In this document: piece after piece, positions 1 to 8,921 of the stretch | Layout: the number at the start of each line of letters is the position of its first letter | Numbering within the stretch: the first letter of the stretch is position 1 | Assembly: GCA_017513085.1 (NCBI GenBank) | Contig: JAFWDK010000009.1 | Location: 64,001-128,000 of the forward strand | DNA: 64,000 bases | Direction: 5' to 3' | Source of the DNA: Clostridiales bacterium | GTDB taxonomy: Bacteria; Bacillota; Clostridia; Saccharofermentanales; Saccharofermentanaceae | Notes under the pieces: model-generated | Seen by the model: only the letters and a program-made list of their open reading frames with translations | The model's database searches: none | What the model was told of the DNA's origin: nothing | Position numbers and translations under genes: made by a program

Positions 1-2
1 TC

Positions 3-284
3 GGTATCACATGTGACAAGCTTGGCGTATATGAGTGCGAGATGGTGGCTTCTTCAGAGTTGACACCGTTGGCACAGCTTCCGTTCACACTGTACTATAC
101 CAGTATTCCGATACGTGTCATTACTTTTACCGGTACGGAAGGTGAAGAAGTGAGCCAGAAAATGGAGTGGCCGATTCTGAACAAGCATTCTGTATTCCGG
201 ATGCATTTCGGGAAAAGAGGACTCGCTCTCAAGCGACTTTCTTTCCGTTACGTAAAGGATCTGGAAGGTTTCAAGTTCGAGTAA
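3..284 (+). CDS. 3' end of a gene starting before the window; possibly the C-terminus of a GH3 beta-glucosidase
   Basis: Frame is open from base 3 to TAA at 284; the 'ASSELTPLAQLPFTL...TFTGT' tail resembles C-termini of rumen-clostridial GH3 enzymes (from memory). Confidence 0.45.
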   Translation, partial: GITCDKLGVYECEMVASSELTPLAQLPFTLYYTSIPIRVITFTGTEGEEVSQKMEWPILNKHSVFRMHFGKRGLALKRLSFRYVKDLEGFKFE

Positions 285-296
285 CAGGAAACGGCA

Positions 297-1562
297 TTAT
301 ACGATCTGCAAAAGATAGAATTTCAGATAATCGGTCTCCGGAATCGTCATGGCGACAGGATGGTCCGGGGCGGCACGTCGCTCTTCGATGAGACGCAGGC
401 TGACTCCTGCGTCTCTTGCGGCCTCAAGGAGCATCTTGCGGAACAGTTCATTCGGCATAAAATGCGAGCAGGAACAAGTGGCCAGATAGCCGCCGCGAGG
501 AAGCATTTTCATGGCACGATAATTGATCTCTTTATATCCGCGCTTGGCATTCTCTGTCGTCTTGCGGCTTTTGGTAAAAGCCGGAGGATCCAGAATAATG
601 AAGTTATAGTCTGCATGTTTTTCTGTAAGTTTGGGCAAAAGATCGAAGACGTCGGCACAGAGAAAATCCATTCTGTCAGAAAGACCATTGATCCGTGCAT
701 TCTCCGCTGCCGTATCTACGGCGAGCTGGGAAATATCGACGGCGGTGACGTGTTCGGCACCGCCTTTGGCGGCATTCATGGCAAAAGAACCGGTGTGGGT
801 GAAACAGTCGAGGACTTTCATGCCACGGGCTAGTTTGCTGACGGCAAGCCGGTTATATTTCTGATCCAGAAAGAACCCTGTTTTCTGTCCGTTTTCCACA
901 TCCACGGTGTAGCGGATCCCGTTTTCACAGATCCCGACTTGCGGGGAAGAGGGGATGCCGACGAATCCGGCATGATACCAGCCTTTTTCGAGAGGAAGAC
1001 CTTCCAGTTCACGAATCTTTGCTTCGTTACGCTCAAAGATGCCACGGACAGTAACACCATCATTCTCCAGTTCTTTTACAAGCGCCTGATAAATAATGTC
1101 TTTGACCATTTCCGTGCCATATGACAACACTTCCGTGGAAAGAATATCCTCATAACGGTCGACAGTCAATCCGGGAATACCGTCCGCTTCGCCAAAGATC
1201 AGGCGGCAGCAAGCGTAATCTTCCTGCATGACGGTGCGGCGCATATCCAGTGCATATTTCACACGGCGCTGCCAGAAGGCGGGACCGAAAGTTTCGTTCG
1301 CATTGCTTGAGAGGACGCGGATACGGATCTTGCTGTTTTTACTTAAGAAACCGGTGCCGAGGTAACGGTCTTTTCTGGAAAAGACGTCGACCAACGAGCC
1401 GTTTTCTATAGATTCGGAAGCAATGCCTAAGATGCCGTCTTTGATCTTCTCTCCGGCAAATTCGGTGATTTCCGTGTCATAGACCCATGGATGGCCGCGC
1501 TTCAGAGCGGCTTCGGCTTTTTCCGTAACGGTTGCCCAAGGAAATTGTCTTTCTTGTTTCAT
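297..1562 (-). CDS. Class I SAM-dependent rRNA methyltransferase (RlmI/YwbD family)
   Basis: PUA-like GHPWVY, GQKTGFFLDQ, VLDCFTHTGSF, ILDPPAF and TCSCS motifs. Confidence 0.92.
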   Translation of the reverse strand: MKQERQFPWATVTEKAEAALKRGHPWVYDTEITEFAGEKIKDGILGIASESIENGSLVDVFSRKDRYLGTGFLSKNSKIRIRVLSSNANETFGPAFWQRRVKYALDMRRTVMQEDYACCRLIFGEADGIPGLTVDRYEDILSTEVLSYGTEMVKDIIYQALVKELENDGVTVRGIFERNEAKIRELEGLPLEKGWYHAGFVGIPSSPQVGICENGIRYTVDVENGQKTGFFLDQKYNRLAVSKLARGMKVLDCFTHTGSFAMNAAKGGAEHVTAVDISQLAVDTAAENARINGLSDRMDFLCADVFDLLPKLTEKHADYNFIILDPPAFTKSRKTTENAKRGYKEINYRAMKMLPRGGYLATCSCSHFMPNELFRKMLLEAARDAGVSLRLIEERRAAPDHPVAMTIPETDYLKFYLLQIV

Positions 1563-1598
1563 GCAGATCCTCTCCTGTTTTCCGATTCTTTCTGTCTT

Positions 1599-3524
1599 TT
1601 AGTCCAGTACGGTGGCCAGCTCGTCCAGGAAAACCTTGGATGCGGCATCGGACGGGAGTTTCAGATCGCCACGCGGGGAGAGGTCGACCGAACCGATCTT
1701 CGGGCCGTCCGGCATGCAGGAACGCTTGAACTGCTGAGCGATAAAACGACGAAGGAAATTCTCTTCCCACTTATAGATCGTCGTATCGTCATATTCGCCG
1801 GCAAAAGCTCTCTTGGCGAGGCGGTAGATCTTCGATGGTGCAAATCCGAGCCGTACGAAGTAATAGAGGAAGAAATCGTGGAGTTCATAGGGTCCGACGA
1901 GATCCTCGGTCTTTTGCGAGATGGTGCCATCTTCCGACGGGGGAAGAAGTTCCGGAGAGACCGGCGTGGCCAGAATATCTTTCAGGACGGAAGAGACATT
2001 CGGATCTTCCTTGGCTATGCGGTCTGCTTCGTAGGCGACGATGTGGCGGATCAATGTCTTCGGAACAGAACCGTTGACGGCATACATGGACATATGGTCG
2101 CCGTTGTATGTGGCCCAGCCCAGCGCGAGTTCGCTAAGATCGCCGGTTCCGACGACCAGTGAGCCTTCGTCATTGCCAAGATCCATCAGAAGCTGTGTGC
2201 GCTCTCTGGCCTGTGCATTTTCATAGGCAACATTATGATTGTCCATATCGTGTCCGATATCCTTAAAATGCTGCGTCACGGAATCTTTGATACTGATCTC
2301 GTCAATCCGCGCTCCATAAGCTTTGGCTAACTCGATCGAATTGTTCTTGGTCCGTGAAGTGGTTCCGAAACAAGGCATCGTAATGGCGTGAATATTGGTA
2401 CGTGGTACGCCCAGGATGTCACAGGCGCGTGCACTGACCAGGAAAGCCAATGTGGAATCAAGACCTCCGGAAAGTCCGATGATCATTTTCTCACAATGAA
2501 TATGACGCAATCTGGTAACGAGTGCCATAGCCTGCATATCGAGGATCTGGGCACAACGGATAGAGATCTCGTTTTCTTCTTCCGGGATGAAAGGATTCTT
2601 CGGAACTGCTCGGATCAGATCCAATTCTTCATTCAGATCCATTTCAAAACTGATCATATCCACATCGCCATCGGCAGTGCTGTTGGCAAAGTCTGTTCTC
2701 CAGGCATCGTCTCTCTGTCTTTCGGAAAACAGAAGCTTCAGGTCGATGTCGGTATATATGGTCCCGCTTTCGAAACGCTTGCTTTCAGAAAGTTTGCGTC
2801 CGTTCTCATAAATGAAGTCTTCACCGGAAAATACCAGGTCAGTGGTGGATTCACCTACGCCTGCATTGGCGTAGATATACGCGGCATGAAGTTTGCGGCT
2901 GGAAGCTTCCAGAATGGAAGATACTTTTCTGGTCGAACTGATGGTAACCGGCGCAGCAGAAGGCACTGCAAGAATGTGGCATCCGTAAAGCGCGGCATCC
3001 ACATCATCGGAGATCGGCGCCAGAAGGTCTTCATGGAAGATAACTGCAAAGGAGAATAGATCATTCTCGCAAAAATACAGAGGCTGTCCGAACGTGATCT
3101 CATCGTCGAAGAACTCATCGTAGAAAGAACCGCCGACTTCATATGGAGAGAAGTAACGGGATTCGGCTTCATTCAGGGTAAGTTTGACGTTGCAGCCCAG
3201 GATGCCGCCCTTATGCATGACAACAGCCATATTCAGAAGCTTTCCTTCGATATAAGCCGGAAGTCCGACGATGAACACGCAAGAGGTATCGGAGGTTTCT
3301 TCGGCGATCCGGTAAAGCGCCTGCCAGGCGGCTTCGACAAAAGCCTCCTGTCGGAAAAGGTCGCCACATGTCGCACCCGTAATACAAAGTTCCGGGAAGA
3401 CGAGAAGTGAACAATCCGGATCGGCATTTTTCACGGAAGTGATGATCTCGCCCGCGTTATAATCGATATCTGCTACACGAAGCTTCGGTGTAACCGCGCC
3501 AACTCGTAAAAATCCATCTTTCAT
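1599..3524 (-). CDS. nadE: Two-domain NAD+ synthetase (nitrilase-fold domain + synthetase); glutaminase site degenerate
   Basis: Start MKDGFLRV at 3524 with GGAGG RBS; VFPEL, SGGLDS, ENAQARER, TGDLSE, GWATYNGD and FKRSC motifs. Confidence 0.93.
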   Translation of the reverse strand: MKDGFLRVGAVTPKLRVADIDYNAGEIITSVKNADPDCSLLVFPELCITGATCGDLFRQEAFVEAAWQALYRIAEETSDTSCVFIVGLPAYIEGKLLNMAVVMHKGGILGCNVKLTLNEAESRYFSPYEVGGSFYDEFFDDEITFGQPLYFCENDLFSFAVIFHEDLLAPISDDVDAALYGCHILAVPSAAPVTISSTRKVSSILEASSRKLHAAYIYANAGVGESTTDLVFSGEDFIYENGRKLSESKRFESGTIYTDIDLKLLFSERQRDDAWRTDFANSTADGDVDMISFEMDLNEELDLIRAVPKNPFIPEEENEISIRCAQILDMQAMALVTRLRHIHCEKMIIGLSGGLDSTLAFLVSARACDILGVPRTNIHAITMPCFGTTSRTKNNSIELAKAYGARIDEISIKDSVTQHFKDIGHDMDNHNVAYENAQARERTQLLMDLGNDEGSLVVGTGDLSELALGWATYNGDHMSMYAVNGSVPKTLIRHIVAYEADRIAKEDPNVSSVLKDILATPVSPELLPPSEDGTISQKTEDLVGPYELHDFFLYYFVRLGFAPSKIYRLAKRAFAGEYDDTTIYKWEENFLRRFIAQQFKRSCMPDGPKIGSVDLSPRGDLKLPSDAASKVFLDELATVLD

Positions 3525-3618
3525 AAATCTGTCCTCCGTTTTTTGGTATCCGCTTTCTGCACGAAAAGAACTTGGCGGATCATTTCTTGGGTTCTGGTTA
3601 TTTGTTTGTTTTGACCGG

Positions 3619-4791
3619 TCAGATTCCCGGACGAAGAATGTCGTTGTTCGGGCTCTCCGGCTGGGACGGTACTTCGGATGGCGCCGCAGAAGGCGGAATG
3701 CCTGCCGCTGAACTTGCATCGTCAGCCTGTGCCGTTGCCTCCTGTTGCTGAGGCTGATTATAGACCCGATCGATGAGCTCATTGAAGTGACTGTAGTACA
3801 TCGTCGAATTCTCTATGACATATCCGTAGAGCGCACGTGGTTGTGCAGAAAGAATGGTTTTGCAGAGCTGCTCCGCCTCGTCCATGGAGTGGACAGGATA
3901 ACGCACGCATTCGTGGTTGCGGGTGTAGGAGATGACAGAATAAGTAACTGCATTTCCGTTGGTGTTTGTCTTTTGCGGATAGAGCCAGACCACGTCGGTC
4001 ATATTGCGTACGGTCGGTGTAAGTGAGGCTTCCACGATATATTTACGCCCGATGAAGAGACGGCTGATCTTGGAAGCACCTTCCATATCAGCATTGAGCT
4101 CGTCCAGTGTTATATTCTTATTCGCAAGATTATTCTTGAATTTCCGCATATAACCGCCGGTAAAAGCAGTGATCGCAACGATCAATGCACTGATAAGCGC
4201 GCCAAGGAGAAGTACGATGCCGAAGATCGCACCCGAACCACTGAAAAGCACTTTGGTCGGAGTGACCATGACAAACATGTAGTCGCTGACGTTTTCACGT
4301 ACTTCATTTGAAGCATTGACCGCTGTGAAGTACTGATCCAGGAAACGGTTTATCTGAGAAGTCGTTTTCGTTGTATATCCTCGACAAGAGAGTGTCTTGG
4401 TGGCGACATCGGGATCGCCGCTCATTTCGAATTCGTATGTCTGTTCTACGAGTTCGTCGGCACGGTCAATGTATTTGTTCGGAACATATACGACGATATA
4501 AGAAGCGTTGCCGTTCGCATCTTCCATCGGGGCAAGGTAGAATCGTCCCTCGCTGTTGTCGGCGAACCATACATACATAAACTGCGTCTCGCCCCGATAA
4601 AACTTTTCTTCGCCAAGGCTGGTGGAGGGTTCGGCAAAAACATTTTTGGTCGCCGTAAAATACTTCGTGGTCTTCGGAATCATAAAAAGAACGATGAAAA
4701 CGGCTGCAATGAGAAGAACAGCGGCGATGAGCAGGCGTGTCCTTATGTTATAGCCCCGTACGGTGGATAGCATTGAATTCTGTTTTGACAT
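3619..4791 (-). CDS. Hypothetical membrane protein (two hydrophobic segments, Pro/Ala/Gln-rich tail)
   Basis: 390-aa ORF, GGGGAAG-type RBS, two TM stretches. Confidence 0.75.
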   Translation of the reverse strand: MSKQNSMLSTVRGYNIRTRLLIAAVLLIAAVFIVLFMIPKTTKYFTATKNVFAEPSTSLGEEKFYRGETQFMYVWFADNSEGRFYLAPMEDANGNASYIVVYVPNKYIDRADELVEQTYEFEMSGDPDVATKTLSCRGYTTKTTSQINRFLDQYFTAVNASNEVRENVSDYMFVMVTPTKVLFSGSGAIFGIVLLLGALISALIVAITAFTGGYMRKFKNNLANKNITLDELNADMEGASKISRLFIGRKYIVEASLTPTVRNMTDVVWLYPQKTNTNGNAVTYSVISYTRNHECVRYPVHSMDEAEQLCKTILSAQPRALYGYVIENSTMYYSHFNELIDRVYNQPQQQEATAQADDASSAAGIPPSAAPSEVPSQPESPNNDILRPGI

Positions 4792-4931
4792 AGTGTTTCT
4801 TCTTCCCCTGAATATGCATAAAATACCGCATACAGTATATAAAGATATAAGTTATTTTTCAAGAATACGAAAGATTGAAGATACTCGAGCTTTGTGGTAA
4901 CTTTAATTCTTAAGAGGTGAGGTGAGAAACT

Positions 4932-5819
4932 ATGGAGACGGCTCCGTTTACAGAACAGGAAATACGTTCTTTCCGACACAAAGCAGAGATGCCGATGTAT
5001 ATCGCGATGGTGATCTTTAACGTCGTGATCGTTATCCTTATAGTAGTTTTCGGCATAATGGGCGTAATGGGTGAAGGTCCGCTGGCCGGTGAATTCGGAG
5101 AGCGTCTAACGGAACTACTGACCGGTGTATCCGATAGCGGCAATAATTCGATCACTTATTTGGTCCTGATCGTCACTCTCCCGTTTCTCCTGATGGCTGT
5201 CGTGTATTTCGCGTATGCTCAGTATCGGGCACGATCCATCCGTATTACCGAGAAGAATTTCCCGGAGGTCTATGCCTTCGTGGAAGAATACTCCCACCGC
5301 CTTGGCTTGAAGAAAGTCCCGAAGGTCTATCTGACACAGGAAAACGGTACACTTAATGCTTTCTCCACATTCATCCTGAGAAGACAATATGTGGTGCTTC
5401 TGGCGGATCTTTTCGAGGTCGCTTATCGTGAACACCACGACCTGGAGAGCATCAAGTTTATTGTAGCGCATGAACTCTCGCATATCCGTCTTCGTCATGC
5501 GACCTTTCTGTACCAGATCAGTATTCTTTTTGCCAACTATATACCGATCATGTCTACCGCTCTTTCCCGTGCCCGTGAATACAGCTGTGACCGGGTAGCC
5601 CAGCATCTCGTCGGTACGAGCGGTGTAGAGCCGATGATGGCACTTCTTGTCGGCAAGCATCTTTACAAGAGAGTCGATGTGGAGGACTACGTTCAGCATT
5701 GTCATGAGACACGCGGTTTTTTCGTGTTCCTTTATAACCTCATGAGCACCCATCCGATCATGCCGAAGCGCATCCAGGCGCTCCTGAAGGATCAGGGAAG
5801 CGGCAGACTGTTCTTCTGA
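4932..5819 (+). CDS. M48 family (HtpX-like) membrane zinc metallopeptidase
   Basis: N-terminal TMs, LNAF, HELSH (HExxH), SRAREYSCD, STHP; GAGG RBS. Confidence 0.9.
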   Translation: METAPFTEQEIRSFRHKAEMPMYIAMVIFNVVIVILIVVFGIMGVMGEGPLAGEFGERLTELLTGVSDSGNNSITYLVLIVTLPFLLMAVVYFAYAQYRARSIRITEKNFPEVYAFVEEYSHRLGLKKVPKVYLTQENGTLNAFSTFILRRQYVVLLADLFEVAYREHHDLESIKFIVAHELSHIRLRHATFLYQISILFANYIPIMSTALSRAREYSCDRVAQHLVGTSGVEPMMALLVGKHLYKRVDVEDYVQHCHETRGFFVFLYNLMSTHPIMPKRIQALLKDQGSGRLFF

Positions 5820-5836
5820 TCAACGACAATAACGGT

Positions 5837-5864
5837 AAGTGCTTTTTCTAAATGAAAAGCACTT
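5837..5864 (+). terminator. Hairpin downstream of the M48 peptidase gene
   Basis: AAGTGCTTTTTC-TAAAT-GAAAAGCACTT inverted repeat. Confidence 0.6.
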
Positions 5865-5940
5865 GTTCATGCAACTTGGCCAAATAAATCTTGCAAAATC
5901 TGCGGAACGAATTGAAAAAGTAGAAAAATCGTTTTTGGCG

Positions 5941-5971
5941 TTGACAAGCGGTTCTGAAACGATTTTACTAT
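5941..5971 (+). promoter_or_regulatory. Sigma-A promoter of the citrate synthase gene
   Basis: TTGACA at 5941-5946, 17-nt spacer, TTTACT/TACTAT -10; AGGAGG RBS at about 6000. Confidence 0.7.
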
Positions 5972-6013
5972 ATAGGTACAAATAGTGAATTTTGCAAGCA
6001 GGAGGAATATCAC

Positions 6014-7411
6014 ATGAAAAATATCACGTTAAGCGACAAGAGTAATCTTCTCGAGCAGGATCCGTATCAGTATGCACTGCAGGATGTGGAGAAGCCGGAG
6101 CTTTTCCGTGAGATGTTCCCGTACGCTGAAGTTCCGAAAATTGCGTACAACTACCGTAAAGTGCCGATGAATATGCCGGAGAATATCTATATCACGGATA
6201 CGACGTTCCGTGATGGACAGCAGTCCCGTGCGCCGTATACTACGGAGCAGATGGTGGAGATCTATAAGATGCTGCACCGCCTGGGCGGACCGAAGGGTAT
6301 TATCCGTCAGACAGAGTTTTTCGTTTATTCCGAGAAGGATCGTCAGGCACTGGAACAGTGTATGGCGCTTGGATATAAATTCCCGGAGATCACGACATGG
6401 ATCCGTGCAACCAAGTCTGACTTTGCGCTGGTCCGCAATATCGGTATCAAGGAAACCGGTATTCTGGTAAGCTGCTCGGATTATCACATTTTCAATAAGA
6501 TGGGTCTGACACGTAAACAGGCGCTGGATAAATATATCGGGATCGTAACCGATGCGATCGATGCCGGACTTCGTCCGCGTTGCCATTTTGAAGATATCAC
6601 ACGTGCGGATTTCTACGGATTCGTCGTTCCTTTTGCAAGCGCGCTGATGCGTCTTTCCGAGGAGAGCGGCATCCCGGTCAAGATCCGTGCCTGCGATACC
6701 ATGGGTTACGGCGTACCATTCCCGGGTGTTGCGCTTCCGCGTTCTGTATCCGGTATCATTTACGGCTTACAGCACTATGCCGGTGTTCCGTCAGAAATGC
6801 TCGAGTGGCATGGACATAATGATTTTTACAAGGGTGTCGTAAATGCTTCGACTGCCTGGCTTTATGGTGCACAGGCAGTAAACTGCTCGCTCCTCGGCAT
6901 CGGTGAGCGCACAGGTAATGTTCCGCTTGAGGCGATGGTATTTGAGTATGCTCAGCTTCGTGGCACGCTTGATGGCATGGATTCCCGTGTGATCACAGAG
7001 ATCGCGGATTATATTTCCCGCGAGACCAACTATGAACTGCCTCCGATGACACCTTTTGTCGGCAAGAACTTCAATGTAACCAAAGCCGGTATTCACGCGG
7101 ACGGACTTCTGAAAGATCCGGAGATCTACAATATCTTCGATACGGAAGCTTTGCTGGATCGTCCGCCGATGGTTGCCGTAAGTAATGTTTCCGGTCTGGC
7201 CGGTATTGCATGCTGGATCAATAATTACTATCGTCTGGCAGGCGAAAGCGTCGTCAGCAAGAAGGATCCGTTCATTGCCAAAATGAAGGAATGGATCGAT
7301 AAGCAGTATGACGAAGGCCGTATCACGGTGATCTCCGACGAAGAAATGGTGAAGCTTTTCGAGTCCTGCGGCGGAGATGTCTATAAGAGAGTCGCCAGAC
7401 CGAAGTCATAA
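6014..7411 (+). CDS. Re-citrate synthase (DRE-TIM metallolyase; often annotated as 2-isopropylmalate synthase)
   Basis: ITDTTFRDGQQ, RCHFEDITRADFYGFVVPF, EWHGHNDF, GERTGN and AGIHADG match the Clostridium kluyveri Re-citrate synthase type; no LeuA regulatory domain. Confidence 0.85.
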   Translation: MKNITLSDKSNLLEQDPYQYALQDVEKPELFREMFPYAEVPKIAYNYRKVPMNMPENIYITDTTFRDGQQSRAPYTTEQMVEIYKMLHRLGGPKGIIRQTEFFVYSEKDRQALEQCMALGYKFPEITTWIRATKSDFALVRNIGIKETGILVSCSDYHIFNKMGLTRKQALDKYIGIVTDAIDAGLRPRCHFEDITRADFYGFVVPFASALMRLSEESGIPVKIRACDTMGYGVPFPGVALPRSVSGIIYGLQHYAGVPSEMLEWHGHNDFYKGVVNASTAWLYGAQAVNCSLLGIGERTGNVPLEAMVFEYAQLRGTLDGMDSRVITEIADYISRETNYELPPMTPFVGKNFNVTKAGIHADGLLKDPEIYNIFDTEALLDRPPMVAVSNVSGLAGIACWINNYYRLAGESVVSKKDPFIAKMKEWIDKQYDEGRITVISDEEMVKLFESCGGDVYKRVARPKS

Positions 7412-7446
7412 TTCTTCGCGCCAAAGCTTTTACACTAAGAAATACA

Positions 7447-7501
7447 AAAGTCTCCCGTTCAGCGATCCGCGTCATCCGCGTGATAGTGTCCGGGAGACTT
7501 T
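7447..7501. terminator. Bidirectional long-loop hairpin between convergent genes
   Basis: AAAGTCTCCCG ... CGGGAGACTTT. Confidence 0.65.
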
Positions 7502-7502
7502 C

Positions 7503-8921
7503 TTATGTTGCGCTTGTGGCCAGGACTCCCGGCAGTACTTCGTCACCGACTTGTACCGGTGCATCGAGGATCGTGTGATGGATCTTTGCTGCCAGTTCGA
7601 AGAGTTTCTCTTTCGGGATCTCGCCTTTGGATTTTACACTGATACGTCCGATATGTCCGTCTTCATAACGGACACGGATCGTCGTGGTAAGCGTGCGCAT
7701 GGGGTGCGTAACTTCGGCAATCGCATATTCTTCACCACGCGGACAGGAGTTTCCGGAGACGACCGGCGGATCGCTTAAAACAACACTCAGCTGACAGCCG
7801 CGCGGACAGATGATACAGGTCATTCTTCGTACGCCGTAAGCGCCATCGTCGGAAGTTTCCGGTTTTGTTTCTTCGACAGGTTTAACGACTTTTCGAGGGA
7901 AAACCTTCGGGTTGTCGATCGCTTCTTTTGATGTTGTTTTTTTCTCTCCACCAACGAAAAGCGCTGCGGCTCTGCCGGCTTCAATCGCTTCTTTGGTAAC
8001 GTTGTCGGCGAGGTCATGCACATGGAGAACATTTCCGCAGGCAAAGATGCCGGGTACAGAAGTTTCCAGTGATCCGGAGGCGAAAGGACCGCCGGTTTTC
8101 GGATCGATCACAAGTCCGGCTTTTCTGGATAACTCGTTTTCCGGGATCAAACCACAGGAGAGAAGAAGTGTATCACATTCGATCTCGCGTTCTGTACCGG
8201 GGATCGGTGTATAGTTTTCATCCACTTCGGAAACAGTAATCCCGGTTAGCCGCTCCTTACCATGAATAGCCGTAACCGTCTGACGAAGATAAAGCGGAAT
8301 ACCATAGTCTTCCAGACACTGTGTGATATTACGGGCAAGACCGCCGGGCTGTGGAGCGATCTCAATACAAGCCAGAACTCTCGCACCTTCTAAGACCATA
8401 CGTCTTGCCATGATAAGTCCGATATCGCCGGACCCTAAGATCACGACTTTGCGGCCAACCATGTAGCCATCGATATTCACATAGTGCTGAGCCAGACCTG
8501 CAGTCATGACACCGGCGGGACGGGTACCCGGGATGGCCAGTGCGCCGCGTGCTTTTTCACGGCAGCCCATCGCGAGTATGATCGCCTTGGCAGAGATTTC
8601 AAAATAGCCATCTTTTTTGTTCATGGCGTAGATCGTCTTATCCGGCGTGATCTCCATGACAAATGTATCGAGAAGTATTTCGACGCCGGAAGCGGTCTCT
8701 TGCAGTTCAACCATGGCGCGGTATGCGTATTCCGGACCGGTCAGTTCTTCGCCGAAATGCGCCAGCCCGAATCCGTTGTGGATGCACTGATTGAGGATGC
8801 CTCCAAGTCTGGTTTCACGTTCGATAAGAAGTACGGAATGACAGCCGTTTTCGTAAGCACTCTTGGCAGCCGCGAGGCCGGCCGGGCCTCCGCCGATTAC
8901 AACGATATCGTAAGATCTCAT
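7503..8921 (-). CDS. FAD/NAD(P)-dependent oxidoreductase fused to a C-terminal DUF1667 (CxxCPxGC) domain
   Basis: GGGPAG, GGILNQCIH, GSGDIG, CGNVLHVHD; C-terminal CIICPRGC...GNSCPRG. Confidence 0.88.
   Translation of the reverse strand: MRSYDIVVIGGGPAGLAAAKSAYENGCHSVLLIERETRLGGILNQCIHNGFGLAHFGEELTGPEYAYRAMVELQETASGVEILLDTFVMEITPDKTIYAMNKKDGYFEISAKAIILAMGCREKARGALAIPGTRPAGVMTAGLAQHYVNIDGYMVGRKVVILGSGDIGLIMARRMVLEGARVLACIEIAPQPGGLARNITQCLEDYGIPLYLRQTVTAIHGKERLTGITVSEVDENYTPIPGTEREIECDTLLLSCGLIPENELSRKAGLVIDPKTGGPFASGSLETSVPGIFACGNVLHVHDLADNVTKEAIEAGRAAALFVGGEKKTTSKEAIDNPKVFPRKVVKPVEETKPETSDDGAYGVRRMTCIICPRGCQLSVVLSDPPVVSGNSCPRGEEYAIAEVTHPMRTLTTTIRVRYEDGHIGRISVKSKGEIPKEKLFELAAKIHHTILDAPVQVGDEVLPGVLATSAT

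Noticed and set aside
3525-3782. N-terminal extension of nadE in the ORF track
   Set aside because: Overlaps the upstream gene; the RBS and homology start at 3524
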